Origin: Candidatus Saccharimonadota bacterium
Lineage (GTDB): Bacteria > Bacteroidota > Bacteroidia > Cytophagales > Amoebophilaceae
NCBI RefSeq assembly: GCF_003351905.1
Contig: NZ_CP022339.1
Location: 300,001-332,000, forward strand
Length of the DNA: 32,000 nucleotides
Reading direction: 5' to 3'
Under the pieces are notes generated by a model that was given only the letters and a program-made list of their open reading frames with translations, was not told where the DNA came from and made no database searches. The position numbers and the translations under genes are program-made. Positions 1-9,114 of this stretch are shown here, piece after piece (positions within the stretch are counted from its first letter, which is position 1; each line of letters starts with the position of its first letter).

Positions 1-104
1 TATCCCTTATTGCCTAATATAGATGGGTCACCCTGCGCATCCTCCTTACCGTAACCAAAACGATAAATCCATTTTTTGACTTGCTTTTCATCCAACATAT
101 TCCA

Positions 105-1787
105 TTACCCTATTACATCCGTAGAAAGATTTTTTAATTTTTCCCGTTGTGCTTCAATACTATCATCTTCAATTTTTTCAAACAACAAGATAGGAGGTGA
201 CAAGGGATCACCGGATTGTACGAGATGGGCCACATTCCCCCAACCTGTTGCTTTTAACCCCAACATATGCGCCATTTTATCACTTGTAACCGGTAAAAAT
301 GGTCTGATCAATAAGGTTACAGTAGCAATCAATTGCAGCGTGGTATGCAATACCGTTCCCGCTTCTTCTGGGTTGCTTTTGACCAAATGCCATGGTCTCC
401 TATCGGTTAAATATTTATTGCCTAATGTAGCGTAACTCATGCACAATTGGAGGGCTTCTTTAAATTTAAACTGCTCTATAGCATGACCTACTTCACTAAA
501 AGAAGCCGTTAAGGCAGTCAATAAAGCTTGATCTGCTGCATTAGGTGCCATATAAGGCGGCACCAAACCACCAAAATGTTGATGGACCAAACTAAACGTT
601 CTATGGACCAAATTACCTAGATTAGCGACCAACTCACGGTTATTTTTATCCTGGAAGTCTTGCCATGTAAAGTCGCTGTCTTTGTTTTCTGGCGCAATGG
701 TACAGAGCACATACCGCAATACATCTGCTGGAAAGGTTTGTAAGTACTCATGGAGCCATACCGCATGGCCACGGGAGGTAGAAAGTTTTTGGCCCTCTAA
801 ATTTAAAAATTCATTGGCTGGAACCTGTTGAGGCAAAATAAACTGACCATGCGCTTTGAGCATCACAGGGAAAATAATACAATGAAAGACAATATTATCC
901 TTGCCAAGAAAATGAACCAGCTTGGTAGCTGGATCTTTCCAAAAAGGCTCCCAATCAATCTGTTGCGCTTTTGCCCACTCTTTAGTTGCGCTAATATAGC
1001 CAATCGGTGCCTCAAACCAGACATAAAGGACCTTCCCTTTTCCTTCAGGCAGTGGCACAGGAATGCCCCAAGTTAAATCTCGTGTTACAGCACGCGGTTG
1101 CAACCCTTGGTCTAACCAACCTTTGCATTGACCATATACATTGGTTTTAAAATCTTTATGGTCTTCTAAAATCCATTTCTTAAGCCAGCTTTCATACTTA
1201 TCTAAGGGTAGATACCAATGCTTGGTTGCTTTTAAAATAGGCTTTGCACCGCTAATGGCAGAAATGGGATTTATCAACTCCTCTGGACTCAGTGTTCGGC
1301 CACATGCTTCACATTGATCTCCATAGGCATTGGGGTGATGACAGCTGGGACAGCTGCCTTTGATATAGCGATCAGATAGAAACTGCTGACCAGCCGGATC
1401 ATAGAATTGCTCCGTTTCATATACCTCAAATATGCCTTTTTGATGCAGCTCCTTAAAAAAGTCAGTCGCAGTCTCATAATGGGTAGGCGAGGAAGTTCTG
1501 GCAAAGATATCAAAGCTAATACCCAACCCCTGCAGCGATTCTTTAATCAGGGTATAGTATTTATCTACCACTTGTTGAGGCGTAACCCCCTCTTGTTGCG
1601 CACGAATCACCACGGGCACGCCATGTTCATCAGACCCACTGATAAAGACAACAGCAGCCCCTTTTTGCCTTAAATACCGAACATATATATCAGCAGGCAG
1701 ATAGGCTCCTGCTACATGGCCTAAATGAATCGGCCCATTGGCATAGGGCAGTGCAGCGGTAACCGTATAGCGTTTTGGATGCGTCAT
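105..1787 (-). CDS. metG: methionine--tRNA ligase (class I MetRS, short form without C-terminal tRNA-binding domain)
   Basis: Lies in ORF 105..1928. Has a HIGH-type motif (PIHLGHVAG), a zinc knuckle (CPSCHHPNAYGDQCEACG) and a KMSKS-type loop (GQKLSTSRG). Conserved sequence begins at MTHPKRYTVTAALPYANG, so the ATG at 1787 (or 1799) is preferred over the ORF start at 1928. Confidence 0.93.
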   Translation of the reverse strand: MTHPKRYTVTAALPYANGPIHLGHVAGAYLPADIYVRYLRQKGAAVVFISGSDEHGVPVVIRAQQEGVTPQQVVDKYYTLIKESLQGLGISFDIFARTSSPTHYETATDFFKELHQKGIFEVYETEQFYDPAGQQFLSDRYIKGSCPSCHHPNAYGDQCEACGRTLSPEELINPISAISGAKPILKATKHWYLPLDKYESWLKKWILEDHKDFKTNVYGQCKGWLDQGLQPRAVTRDLTWGIPVPLPEGKGKVLYVWFEAPIGYISATKEWAKAQQIDWEPFWKDPATKLVHFLGKDNIVFHCIIFPVMLKAHGQFILPQQVPANEFLNLEGQKLSTSRGHAVWLHEYLQTFPADVLRYVLCTIAPENKDSDFTWQDFQDKNNRELVANLGNLVHRTFSLVHQHFGGLVPPYMAPNAADQALLTALTASFSEVGHAIEQFKFKEALQLCMSYATLGNKYLTDRRPWHLVKSNPEEAGTVLHTTLQLIATVTLLIRPFLPVTSDKMAHMLGLKATGWGNVAHLVQSGDPLSPPILLFEKIEDDSIEAQREKLKNLSTDVIG

Positions 1788-2069
1788 GGGTGTAAGCATT
1801 AAGAAGGTGCGTTTTCGTACATATGCAGCATTATTAGATGTAGCAAAGATCTGCAAAAAATCTGAAATATGATTGTTAGGAGGATGATGTCTGCAACTTT
1901 TTTCTTGTTTCGGGGCTAAGGTGGTCATACAACTGAATAGATACCTGATAAAGGTGAAAAAAGTAGCTTATGGATGGTCGGTTGTGGACGTTCTGTTTCG
2001 TAATAGAACCAATAAGTAGCATAGTTTCTAAATGGATAAAGTTATACCAAAATAATCTAGCTTGATCAA

Positions 2070-2687
2070 CTAATTGGGATTATAGGTTTGTAGCCGGGTG
2101 AGTAATTTCTTGATTTCATCCGCAGTCATATTAGGATAAATGCCTAGCCTCTTGAAATTATTGCGAATAGATTGCCTGATTTTGACCATTTTTTTGTCTT
2201 TATAAAAAAGTAGGACCTTGTCATTTGCTTCGCTAACACCTGGTTTCGGTGGGGCATTAGCGAGAACAAAATAGACAAAAGTCTCAGCAGAGTCTTCTAA
2301 AGGATTAGTACTTGCATACTTTGTAAAGAATGCCCCTTTTTTGAGGAGATTTTTTTTAGTTTGAGATAATTTATCCTTAGGACAGCCTCGTATTGCTTTA
2401 TTAGAAGGTAAATCCTTGAATTCATTCAACATCAATGGTTCCGTAGGGAACAATGCATACTGAGCTAAATATAGTCCCGAATTAGCATATGTAAAATAAC
2501 AACATCGATTACGAAAATGTTTCTTTTGTTCACTATCTATCCAAAAATGAGCGAATTCATGGAGTATTGTAGCAATAAAATCGGGATAGCCCAGGTACTT
2601 CTTCTCGGAAATATTATAAATAGTATCTAGTAGGTTAAATCGTATGCCCAAGGAGAAATAGACTGAATATGGATCGGAAGTGTTCAA
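2070..2687 (-). CDS. HEXXH zinc-metallopeptidase-like protein, probably 5'-truncated at the IS256 insertion
   Basis: Carries HEXXH (ILHEFAHFWID) plus a downstream acidic motif (NPLEDSAETFVYF), a gluzincin-like layout. The only available start is TTG at 2685-2687, which lies inside the IS256 terminal repeat. Confidence 0.5.
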   Translation of the reverse strand: MNTSDPYSVYFSLGIRFNLLDTIYNISEKKYLGYPDFIATILHEFAHFWIDSEQKKHFRNRCCYFTYANSGLYLAQYALFPTEPLMLNEFKDLPSNKAIRGCPKDKLSQTKKNLLKKGAFFTKYASTNPLEDSAETFVYFVLANAPPKPGVSEANDKVLLFYKDKKMVKIRQSIRNNFKRLGIYPNMTADEIKKLLTRLQTYNPN

Positions 2688-4021
2688 TTAACTGTGTCAG
2701 TTTCGGGCTTCACGTCAACTCAGATTTGACTCTTCCAGGAAAAAAGATGTCTATCTGAGATATGGTCAGTGCCCAGTTTCTGAGCGGCATAGTCCATTTA
2801 TCCTCCATCTTCTTGATAGCGCAATATACTGATTTATACAAAGCATTGACACTGGTAAATGCCCCTTTTGTTTTGGTAAACTGTCTAATTTGTCTATGGA
2901 GGCTTTCTATTGGATTGGTCGTATAAATTAGCCTTCTGACAGGATCTGAATATTTAAAGTAACCAGACAAATGCTCCCAGTTGTTTTGCCAAGATTTGAT
3001 AACCATTGGATACTTTTCTCCCCATTTTTCTTCTAATTCCAATAGATAATGTTCTGCAACTTCCTTATTTGAAGCTTGATATACTTGCTTTAAATCAGTT
3101 AAAAAACGTTTTACATCTTTGCTAGCTACATACTTGATGGAATTGCGTATCTGGTGTACTACACAGACCTGCACCTGTGCATTGGGAAAAGCGTTATTAA
3201 TGGCTGCAGGGAAGCTTTTTAGTCCATCAACACAGGCAATAAGGATATCTTCTACACCCCTTGCCTTAAGCTCGTTGAGTACACCTAACCAGAAATTAGC
3301 TCCCTCACTTTCAGATAAATAGAAGCCTAACACTTCTTTTTTACCCTCTTGATCTATGCCTAATAAGGTATACAGACATTTACTTACACATTTCCCATCT
3401 TCTTTAACCTTAAAAAACATACCATCCATAAAAACTATGGGGTAGACCGATTGAAGAGGACGGTTACGCCATTCATTTATTACTGGCAATAAGCTATCTG
3501 TAATAGCCGATATTTCAGCAGCTGATACTTTATGATCATAGATTTCTTCAATATGAGCGGCTATAGACTTATAGCTCATACCACTAGAAAACATGCTTAA
3601 AATCTTGGTTTCCAGTTCAGGATGAAGATTTGTTTGACGCTTTTTAACTATTTGTGGATCGAAACTACCTGTTCTATCTCTAGGGGTTACCAAGTCAAAG
3701 GAACCAGAGCTTGTACGAAAAGTTTTACAACTTTTACCATTCCTTCGATTATTTACTATCCTCTCACTAGACAAATGATGGGCCATCTCACCTTCTAGAC
3801 TCGCCTCTAGAAGCTTTTTATCAGAGGGGTTAATGCCCCACCTTTGCCTGTCAATGGCTTACCTAAACGGATAGAGGACAAAATATTTGCCTCCAGAAAT
3901 TTGTAATCTACTAAACCAACGTAGTCATTCTGCATATGTTCTTCCATGTCTAAAACCTTAAATGTTTAATTATTTAAATTATAACTTTTTGCAGACTTGA
4001 CACAGTTAATCGAACACTTCC
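2676..4021 (-). mobile_element. IS256-family insertion sequence (~1.35 kb)
   Basis: Imperfect terminal inverted repeats: ggaagtgttcaattaactgtgtcag at 2676-2700 and its complement at 3996-4021 (cttgacacagttaatcgaacacttcc). They enclose a Mutator/IS256-type transposase gene. No flanking target-site duplication is visible. Confidence 0.85.
2710..3786 (-). CDS. IS256/Mutator-family transposase (main ORF; N-terminal ~46 codons lie upstream in another frame)
   Basis: The 358-aa ORF has a typical IS256 layout (SFDPQIVKKRQ..., MSYKSIAAHIEEIY, YPIVFMDGMFFKV, CVDGLKSFPAAI, CVVHQIRNS, TTNPIESLHRQIR). An upstream ATG at 3947 opens MEEHMQNDY...ALTPLIKSF*, which needs a 1-nt shift in the T5 run at 3815-3819 to join the main ORF. 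Confidence 0.88.
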   Translation of the reverse strand: MAHHLSSERIVNNRRNGKSCKTFRTSSGSFDLVTPRDRTGSFDPQIVKKRQTNLHPELETKILSMFSSGMSYKSIAAHIEEIYDHKVSAAEISAITDSLLPVINEWRNRPLQSVYPIVFMDGMFFKVKEDGKCVSKCLYTLLGIDQEGKKEVLGFYLSESEGANFWLGVLNELKARGVEDILIACVDGLKSFPAAINNAFPNAQVQVCVVHQIRNSIKYVASKDVKRFLTDLKQVYQASNKEVAEHYLLELEEKWGEKYPMVIKSWQNNWEHLSGYFKYSDPVRRLIYTTNPIESLHRQIRQFTKTKGAFTSVNALYKSVYCAIKKMEDKWTMPLRNWALTISQIDIFFPGRVKSELT

Positions 4022-4143
4022 CCAAATTACTTCCTAGATATTTTCTATTCATATTTACTCGTTAATCCATTAAATTATTTTAATGCTGATTAGCATATTA
4101 AAAATATGATCTAATCCCGAATTGACGTTCTTAATATGATTGG

Positions 4144-5397
4144 CTATTGGTTTATTACCTCTTTAAAATAACCAGACTGGTCAACTGTAAAGTGTGTATA
4201 AACAACTTCTCTAAAATTATCTTGCTCATCTTTTTGATGTACTTGAACAATTGCCTCTGTTATATTAAGTTTTGCAGCATCACAGGTTATCCCTATCAGG
4301 ATTTTTTCACTACATGAACCATATTTAATACTGTAATCTTTACTGTGTATTTGTGTTAAAGCCTCCAGCGCTGGTCTATCTATTTTTAACTCAAAGATAT
4401 AGACAGCTCTTTGGTCGTTTCTATGGTCCTCCATAACGATATCTGTGCGGCCTATGCCACTGTCGGATTCAGCACTAGTCTGCATATCATGCGTTGCATG
4501 AAAAACACCATTTAGAAATAAATATAAAGCCCTTTGAAAACTCCTCTCTGTTTTATCTAGAAAACGATAGCCTGCTTTAGCTAAGCAATCACTTCGAATA
4601 TAGTTAAGAAAGACAGACCACTTTTTATTTCTTAAAGTATTAAGAATCGAAGTGCTATATTGTTTACCTGTTTCCTCCTGGACTTCGTCCATAATCTTAA
4701 TTAAGGTTGACTTTAAAGCAGATCTTACCTCTTCATTGGGAAACTTTAAATAGTAGTCCGTTGCGTTTTTATCTTCTCGTATGTCCTCTTTAAATCCATT
4801 AGGATCTAGGGTAAGATAACCTGTTTGGTACATTAAAGGGAGTAATGGTATCTTGGAAAGAGAGCCTGCTAAATTTTCAAAATCCAGCTTATTGATTGCA
4901 AGACTGGACTTATTCCAAGCGATTGTAAACCTATTGATATCATTTCTTATTTGTTGTAGTAAGATGGCAGGATTACCAGAGTTGGACCAGTAATTACCAA
5001 ATGCTTTATCTCGAAAAAATTTCAATATAGAGTCTGGATTATACATCCGCTTGATACCCTTATTTCGACTAAAACAGTAGCCGTTATAATAATCTTTTAA
5101 CTCTTGTTTTAATTGTTCGTCTGTATAGCTTTCTCCTTTGTACCAATTTTCCCTTAGATTTATTATGACTGTATTAATATATGTGTGTTTGTCATTAAAG
5201 AATAACTTTTCAATATCCTTGTCTGTATAGCCCAACATCTCTGCATAATCCTCATGCAATGATATGTCATTAGCCGAGTTTGCCCCTGAGGTAAGTCCAG
5301 ATAGGTGAAATTTAGTTACGCCGGTGACAAAGATAAATTTGCAGTCCTTCTGACTGCCTTTTAAAACTTTAAAAAATGAACTAAGGACAGCAAGCAC
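4144..5397 (-). pseudogene. AAA-ATPase-like / PD-(D/E)XK (PDDEXK_9-type) protein, N-terminally truncated paralogue of 10400..12175
   Basis: Collinear with the C-terminal ~420 aa of the 591-aa paralogue (YNGY, NPDSIL/NPWSII, YQTGYLT/FAGYLT, ESDSGIGRTDIVM...IFELK nuclease core). It lacks the RPRRWGKT N-terminal region. Its GTG 'start' abuts an IS66 fragment at ~5430. Confidence 0.75.
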
Positions 5398-5434
5398 TCC
5401 TTCATACTTCTCTTTTTCGCAAGAGATTAATCCC

Positions 5435-6172
5435 GTGAACGAGGCCGGTCAACCTGGTCACGCAGGTGCTGCTCGTGGTAAGATGGTAGCAGATGAAGTT
5501 ATCGAGTTGTCTATTTCAGGTTCATGTTCCTGTGGTGGTCATGTAGCGATATCTTCCAAGCCTTATATTCATCAAAAAGTAGATTTACCCGATATTAAGC
5601 CGCATGTAATCAGTTATCATATGGAGCATGGTCGCTGTAGAAAATGCGGGAAACGCTACACTGCTAGACTTCCTAAGGGTGTTACCTCAGATGCCTTTGG
5701 TCCTAAAATCAAATCAGTGATAGACGCTTTGACTGGCCTTTATAAAAACTCTAAACGAGAGGTAGCTTGTATATTACAAGATATCTTTAATCTAGATATC
5801 AGTCTGGGTAGTATCTCTAATAGCGAGGCTAGGGTAGCTTCAAAATGCAAAACAGCTTACCAAGCTATAGAAGAAACCATTAAGCAAAGTAAAGTACTGC
5901 ATATAGACGAAACGGGGCACAATAATAATGGTAAACTAAATTGGGGTTGGATGTTTACTAACGCTATGGCCAGCCTCCTTAAGCTCACTACTTCCAGAAG
6001 CCGAAAAGTTTTAGAAAGTAGTGGACTGAATCCTAAAGATCACATTGTGATCAGTGATAGATACGCAGTTTACAATTACTTTCCACCCACCCATAGGCAA
6101 CTTTGTTGGTCACATATAGCTAGAGATTTTGAGAGGTTTTCCCATAGTTTCCATAGAGGTGTTAAAGTATAA
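5435..6172 (+). pseudogene. IS66-family transposase fragment (central part, truncated at both ends)
   Basis: GQPGHAG..., a zinc-finger region (CSCGG...GRCRKCGK) and a DDE core (LHIDETG...WGWMF...ISDRYAVYN...CWSHIARDF). About 75% aa identity to the copy at 9115..9945. The N-terminal coiled coil and the C-terminal third are missing. Confidence 0.85.
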
Positions 6173-6427
6173 GGTGTCATAAGGGGAATTGAAGCTGCAT
6201 TTGAATTTAAGCATGGTACTACAAGTATCAACGGTGTTCATATAGCTATTCAAGGCGTAGGAAATGTTGGTTTTCATTTAGGGAAAAAAGCTTATGAAAG
6301 AGGTGCAAAGCTAACGATATGTGATCATAATCCACTAATGATAAATAGGTGTTTAGAAGAATTTCCAGCAAAGGTAGTTAACCCAAATGACATTTATACT
6401 ATAATAATAGCTGATACAGTTCAATGA
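6173..6427 (+). pseudogene. Glu/Leu/Phe/Val dehydrogenase fragment (leucine-dehydrogenase-like NAD-binding segment, ~84 codons)
   Basis: The frame reads GVIRGIEAAFEFKHGTTSINGVHIAIQGVGNVGFHLGKKAYERGAKLTICDHNPLMINRCLEEFPAKVVNPNDIY, which includes a Rossmann GxGxxG as found in Leu/Phe dehydrogenases. It has no start codon and neither the N- nor C-terminal remainder. Confidence 0.55.
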
Positions 6428-6800
6428 ATTATAGGCATCAAGTTAAGGGTAAAACAGCATAAAAACTATGTAAAAGGTTGCGCTCTAAGGCCATTAAAAG
6501 TATAAATATCATTTGTAAAAAAGATTCTGGCATACTAAATTTAACGTACAGGTAGATTAACTTTTTAATTCCTGAGAGAGTAGACGTAAGTGTTACCACT
6601 TACGTCCCTCGTTAGAACCATCATCGTGCAAATTTCTTGCAATGGGCTCAAGACAAATCTATTCACTTAACCGGTTTATATTAGATCTAGAAAAGTCTAT
6701 GGATAACTCTCGCTTTTGGAAATGGCTTAGCTAATAGAAATAGCTGAAACTTTTTCCAGTTAAACGATTTCCTTTGACTCCTCTTCCTTTGACTCCTCCG

Positions 6801-6825
6801 GTGTGTGATTCGTATAGGTTGTTAC
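6801..6825. repeat. solo IS481-like terminal repeat (identical 25-mer also at 25420-25444)
   Basis: gtgtgtgattcgtataggttgttac is identical at 25420-25444. A 20-nt version with one mismatch sits at 6861-6880. It is preceded by a perfect 15-bp tandem duplication, ttcctttgactcctc, at 6769-6783 and 6784-6798. Confidence 0.6.
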
Positions 6826-6860
6826 ACTAAATATGTAGGATTAAGTTTCGACTTATAATA

Positions 6861-6888
6861 AGTGTGTGATTCCTATAGGTTATGTTGC
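6861..6888 (+). repeat. IS481-like left terminal repeat directly preceding the HTH fragment
   Basis: gtgtgtgattcctataggtt matches the 6801 and 25420 repeat. The transposase N-terminus starts inside or after it. Confidence 0.55.
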
Positions 6889-7057
6889 GTTTGAATTGGA
6901 TGAATTTATACAAAAAATTAGGCCATGCAGGAAAAGTATGTCAACACTATAATATTTCACGTTTTACCTTACGTAAATGGTTCAAACGTTATGAAGCGCT
7001 AGGTGAAGCAGGCTTGGTAGATTTCAGTAGTAAGCCCCATACTGCTCCTAGACAAAA
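6882..7057 (+). pseudogene. IS481-family transposase N-terminal HTH fragment
   Basis: LYKKLGHAGKVCQHYNISRFTLRKWFKRYEALGEAGLVDFSSKPHTAPRQ matches the IS481/IS3-type HTH N-terminus (GISRxTxxKWxxRYxxxGxxGLxDxSxxPH). The fragment ends where IS66 terminal sequence begins. Confidence 0.6.
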
Positions 7058-7087
7058 AATAAATGTTTCTGTTCACGTGAGTGGTTT

Positions 7088-7170
7088 TTAAGCGATTATC
7101 GCATTAAGCTGTTTGTAAGGATTTAGTTTTTGTTGTTTCCAAGTTAGATACAAAGAGATGATTTTTTCCA
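7088..7170 (-). pseudogene. IS66 transposase 3' exon (last 27 codons) downstream of group II intron 1
   Basis: Joined to 9115, the frame reads ...SERGNRF|LEKIISLYLTWKQQKLNPYKQLNAIIA*, an IS66-type C-terminus. A homologous uninterrupted tail is found at 15284-15430. Confidence 0.7.
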
Positions 7171-9114
7171 GTAGGGTCGAGAAATGGCGCGGTAGTCTTA
7201 CCCCCGTTTCCATCTCCCGCCTCGTCGAACGTAGCGAAGGGATTTCCCCTACTACGCTCTCCTAATAACTTCTTAACAAAGCCTATGGCCTATCATGCTG
7301 TGGTTGCTTTCGAAGGTTTATGATAACGTATCTGATAATCGTTATATAACTTTATCTTTTCGTATAAATCTCTTCTACTCCACCTTCCCCAGCCGAAACC
7401 TTTTCTTTTCCGAGCACGCATTAAATGTCGCCTCACTTTCTTTTCGACCCAGTGTTTAATATAGCCAAAACACCGGCGTGAATTACCAATCCTAAAGTAA
7501 TTAATCCAGCCGCGTAATATCGGGTTGATCAGTCTTATAACTCTACCAACTGGGTGCGATATGTGGTTACGGAATATTACTTTTAGTTTCGATAACAGCG
7601 CTGATCGGGCTTTCATTCTAGGCGTTTCCAGTATGCTGTTTTTGCCTCGTCTTGTCAAGACTCTTCTAAAATCGAAGCCTAGGAAACTAAAGGTGCCTCC
7701 TTGTTTTAGATCAACAAATCTAGTCTTTTCTTCATTCAAGGTTACCTTTATTTTAGACAGTTCCTGTCTTAGCCTTTTATGAATACCTAATTCTAGCCAC
7801 TTCCATTTTATGTGGTCATCAATTAGGATGAGCAAATCATCAGCCCACCTAACGTACTCCATGTGGTCGCGCCCATCGATTTGGAAGCTCACTTGTTTAG
7901 CCTTTTCTAGCATTGTATCAACCTCATTTAGGTAAATGTTGCTTAAAAGGGGTGATAAGGGGCCGCCTTGGCTTATGCCACGCTTGCCTCCTGCTTTGAC
8001 TATTAGTTTCAATAGCCCCATCACATCTCGATCATTTATACGCCTGGATACCTTTTTAAATAGTTCTGCATGACCTATCGTGTCAAAGTAAGAACTTAGG
8101 TCCACATCTATTACTTTGGTCTTTGATGTAAGGGTAGCTATTGCCACTGCCTCTATAGCTTCTGCTGCCTTGCGTTTAGGCCGGTAGCCATAAGAGCCTG
8201 GTTGAAAGTCTGCTTCAAATATGGCTTCCATTATGAGTTTTAGTGCACCCTCTACTACCCTATCTTTGATAGTGGCTATAGAAAGCTTTCTCATTTTATG
8301 GCCATTGTCCTTGGGAATCATTACATTCCTTTTCCTTGAAGGGAAGTAAGTCTTTGATTGAAGTTCTGATCTTATGTTTGCTAGAAATTCGTCCAAACCT
8401 GAAGCCTCTATCTTCTCAAAGGTTACTCCGTCTATGCCGGGTGAGCCATTGTTTTGTTTGGCTTGTTTATAGGCTGTTCTTAATGTTTCTAGTTTACATA
8501 CATGAACATAGATTCCCCAAAACCTCCATGACTTGTCAGCTTTAGCTTTGATATATATTTTCCTTCTCAGATCTTGTAATGTTATTGGAGTCTTTATCAT
8601 ACTTCCTTTACTTCACTTGTTGTTGGAAAAATGTTATTAGCAGGGTGCCTTCGCTCCACAGCCATTACGCTGCTTCATCACTACTACACACCCGTCCGCG
8701 ATCCTCTCATCTTTCGACTCACTTCCTGGTGCTGCCAGTTATAGAGTCTACTATGCTCCAGAAGTTTTCTTCCTGGGATAAGGAGGACTTCTCCAGTCAC
8801 TTAGTATGACCTTATGATCATGCTGCCACTATCACCCCGCCGAAGTGTTGAGTCGTTTCAGTTAGTTTTCGACTTAACATGCTGCCTTCACTAAGATTCC
8901 ATTAGTTCGGCCTTCGGGGCTAGGTACTTTCGAGGCTATCTATGTGTTCGCTTTCGCTGCGGCCTGATCATCTGCACTTACCCTTTAGATAAGTCTGTCA
9001 ATAGGTTTCAGCATCTTGATTTCTCGTGATACTGCTATTCGAGCTGTAGGCTGCTAACTTTTTGGCCTAGTAGGACTTCCACCTACTGGTACATACTAGT
9101 CTCTCTGGACACAC
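7171..9114 (-). mobile_element. group II intron 1 (full length, ~1.94 kb, no endonuclease domain in the IEP)
   Basis: On the minus strand the 5' end is GTGTG (9114-9110). Domain V is GAGCGTAGTAGGGGAAATCCCTTCGCTACGTTC (7259-7227). The 3' end is ...CCTAC at 7171. An RT/maturase ORF lies inside. These boundaries restore the host IS66 frame. Confidence 0.85.
7293..8600 (-). CDS. ltrA: group II intron reverse transcriptase/maturase
   Basis: 435 aa. RT blocks are present (GSPGIDGVTFEKI, RKLSIATIKDRVV, FQPGSYGYRPKR, DVDLSSYFDTI, GISQGGPLSPLLSNIYL, YVRWADDLLI) together with the maturase X motif LRGWINYF. Confidence 0.93.
   Translation of the reverse strand: MIKTPITLQDLRRKIYIKAKADKSWRFWGIYVHVCKLETLRTAYKQAKQNNGSPGIDGVTFEKIEASGLDEFLANIRSELQSKTYFPSRKRNVMIPKDNGHKMRKLSIATIKDRVVEGALKLIMEAIFEADFQPGSYGYRPKRKAAEAIEAVAIATLTSKTKVIDVDLSSYFDTIGHAELFKKVSRRINDRDVMGLLKLIVKAGGKRGISQGGPLSPLLSNIYLNEVDTMLEKAKQVSFQIDGRDHMEYVRWADDLLILIDDHIKWKWLELGIHKRLRQELSKIKVTLNEEKTRFVDLKQGGTFSFLGFDFRRVLTRRGKNSILETPRMKARSALLSKLKVIFRNHISHPVGRVIRLINPILRGWINYFRIGNSRRCFGYIKHWVEKKVRRHLMRARKRKGFGWGRWSRRDLYEKIKLYNDYQIRYHKPSKATTA

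Noticed and set aside
76-1673. ORFs 76..435(+), 828..1076(+), 1289..1513(-) and 1407..1673(+), which overlap metG
   Set aside because: They lie antisense or out of frame inside a well-supported MetRS gene. Their sequences are low in complexity and unconserved in appearance.
6583-6606. A perfect 10-bp stem with a 4-nt loop (gacgtaagtg-ttac-cacttacgtc)
   Set aside because: It is isolated in non-coding debris, with no U-tract and no adjacent intact gene. A terminator or sRNA role cannot be supported from sequence alone.
8579-8809. ORF 8579..8809(+) and the other short ORFs inside intron 1 (7525..7782, 8336..8545)
   Set aside because: They lie antisense to the RT gene or within the structured 5' RNA domains of the group II intron.
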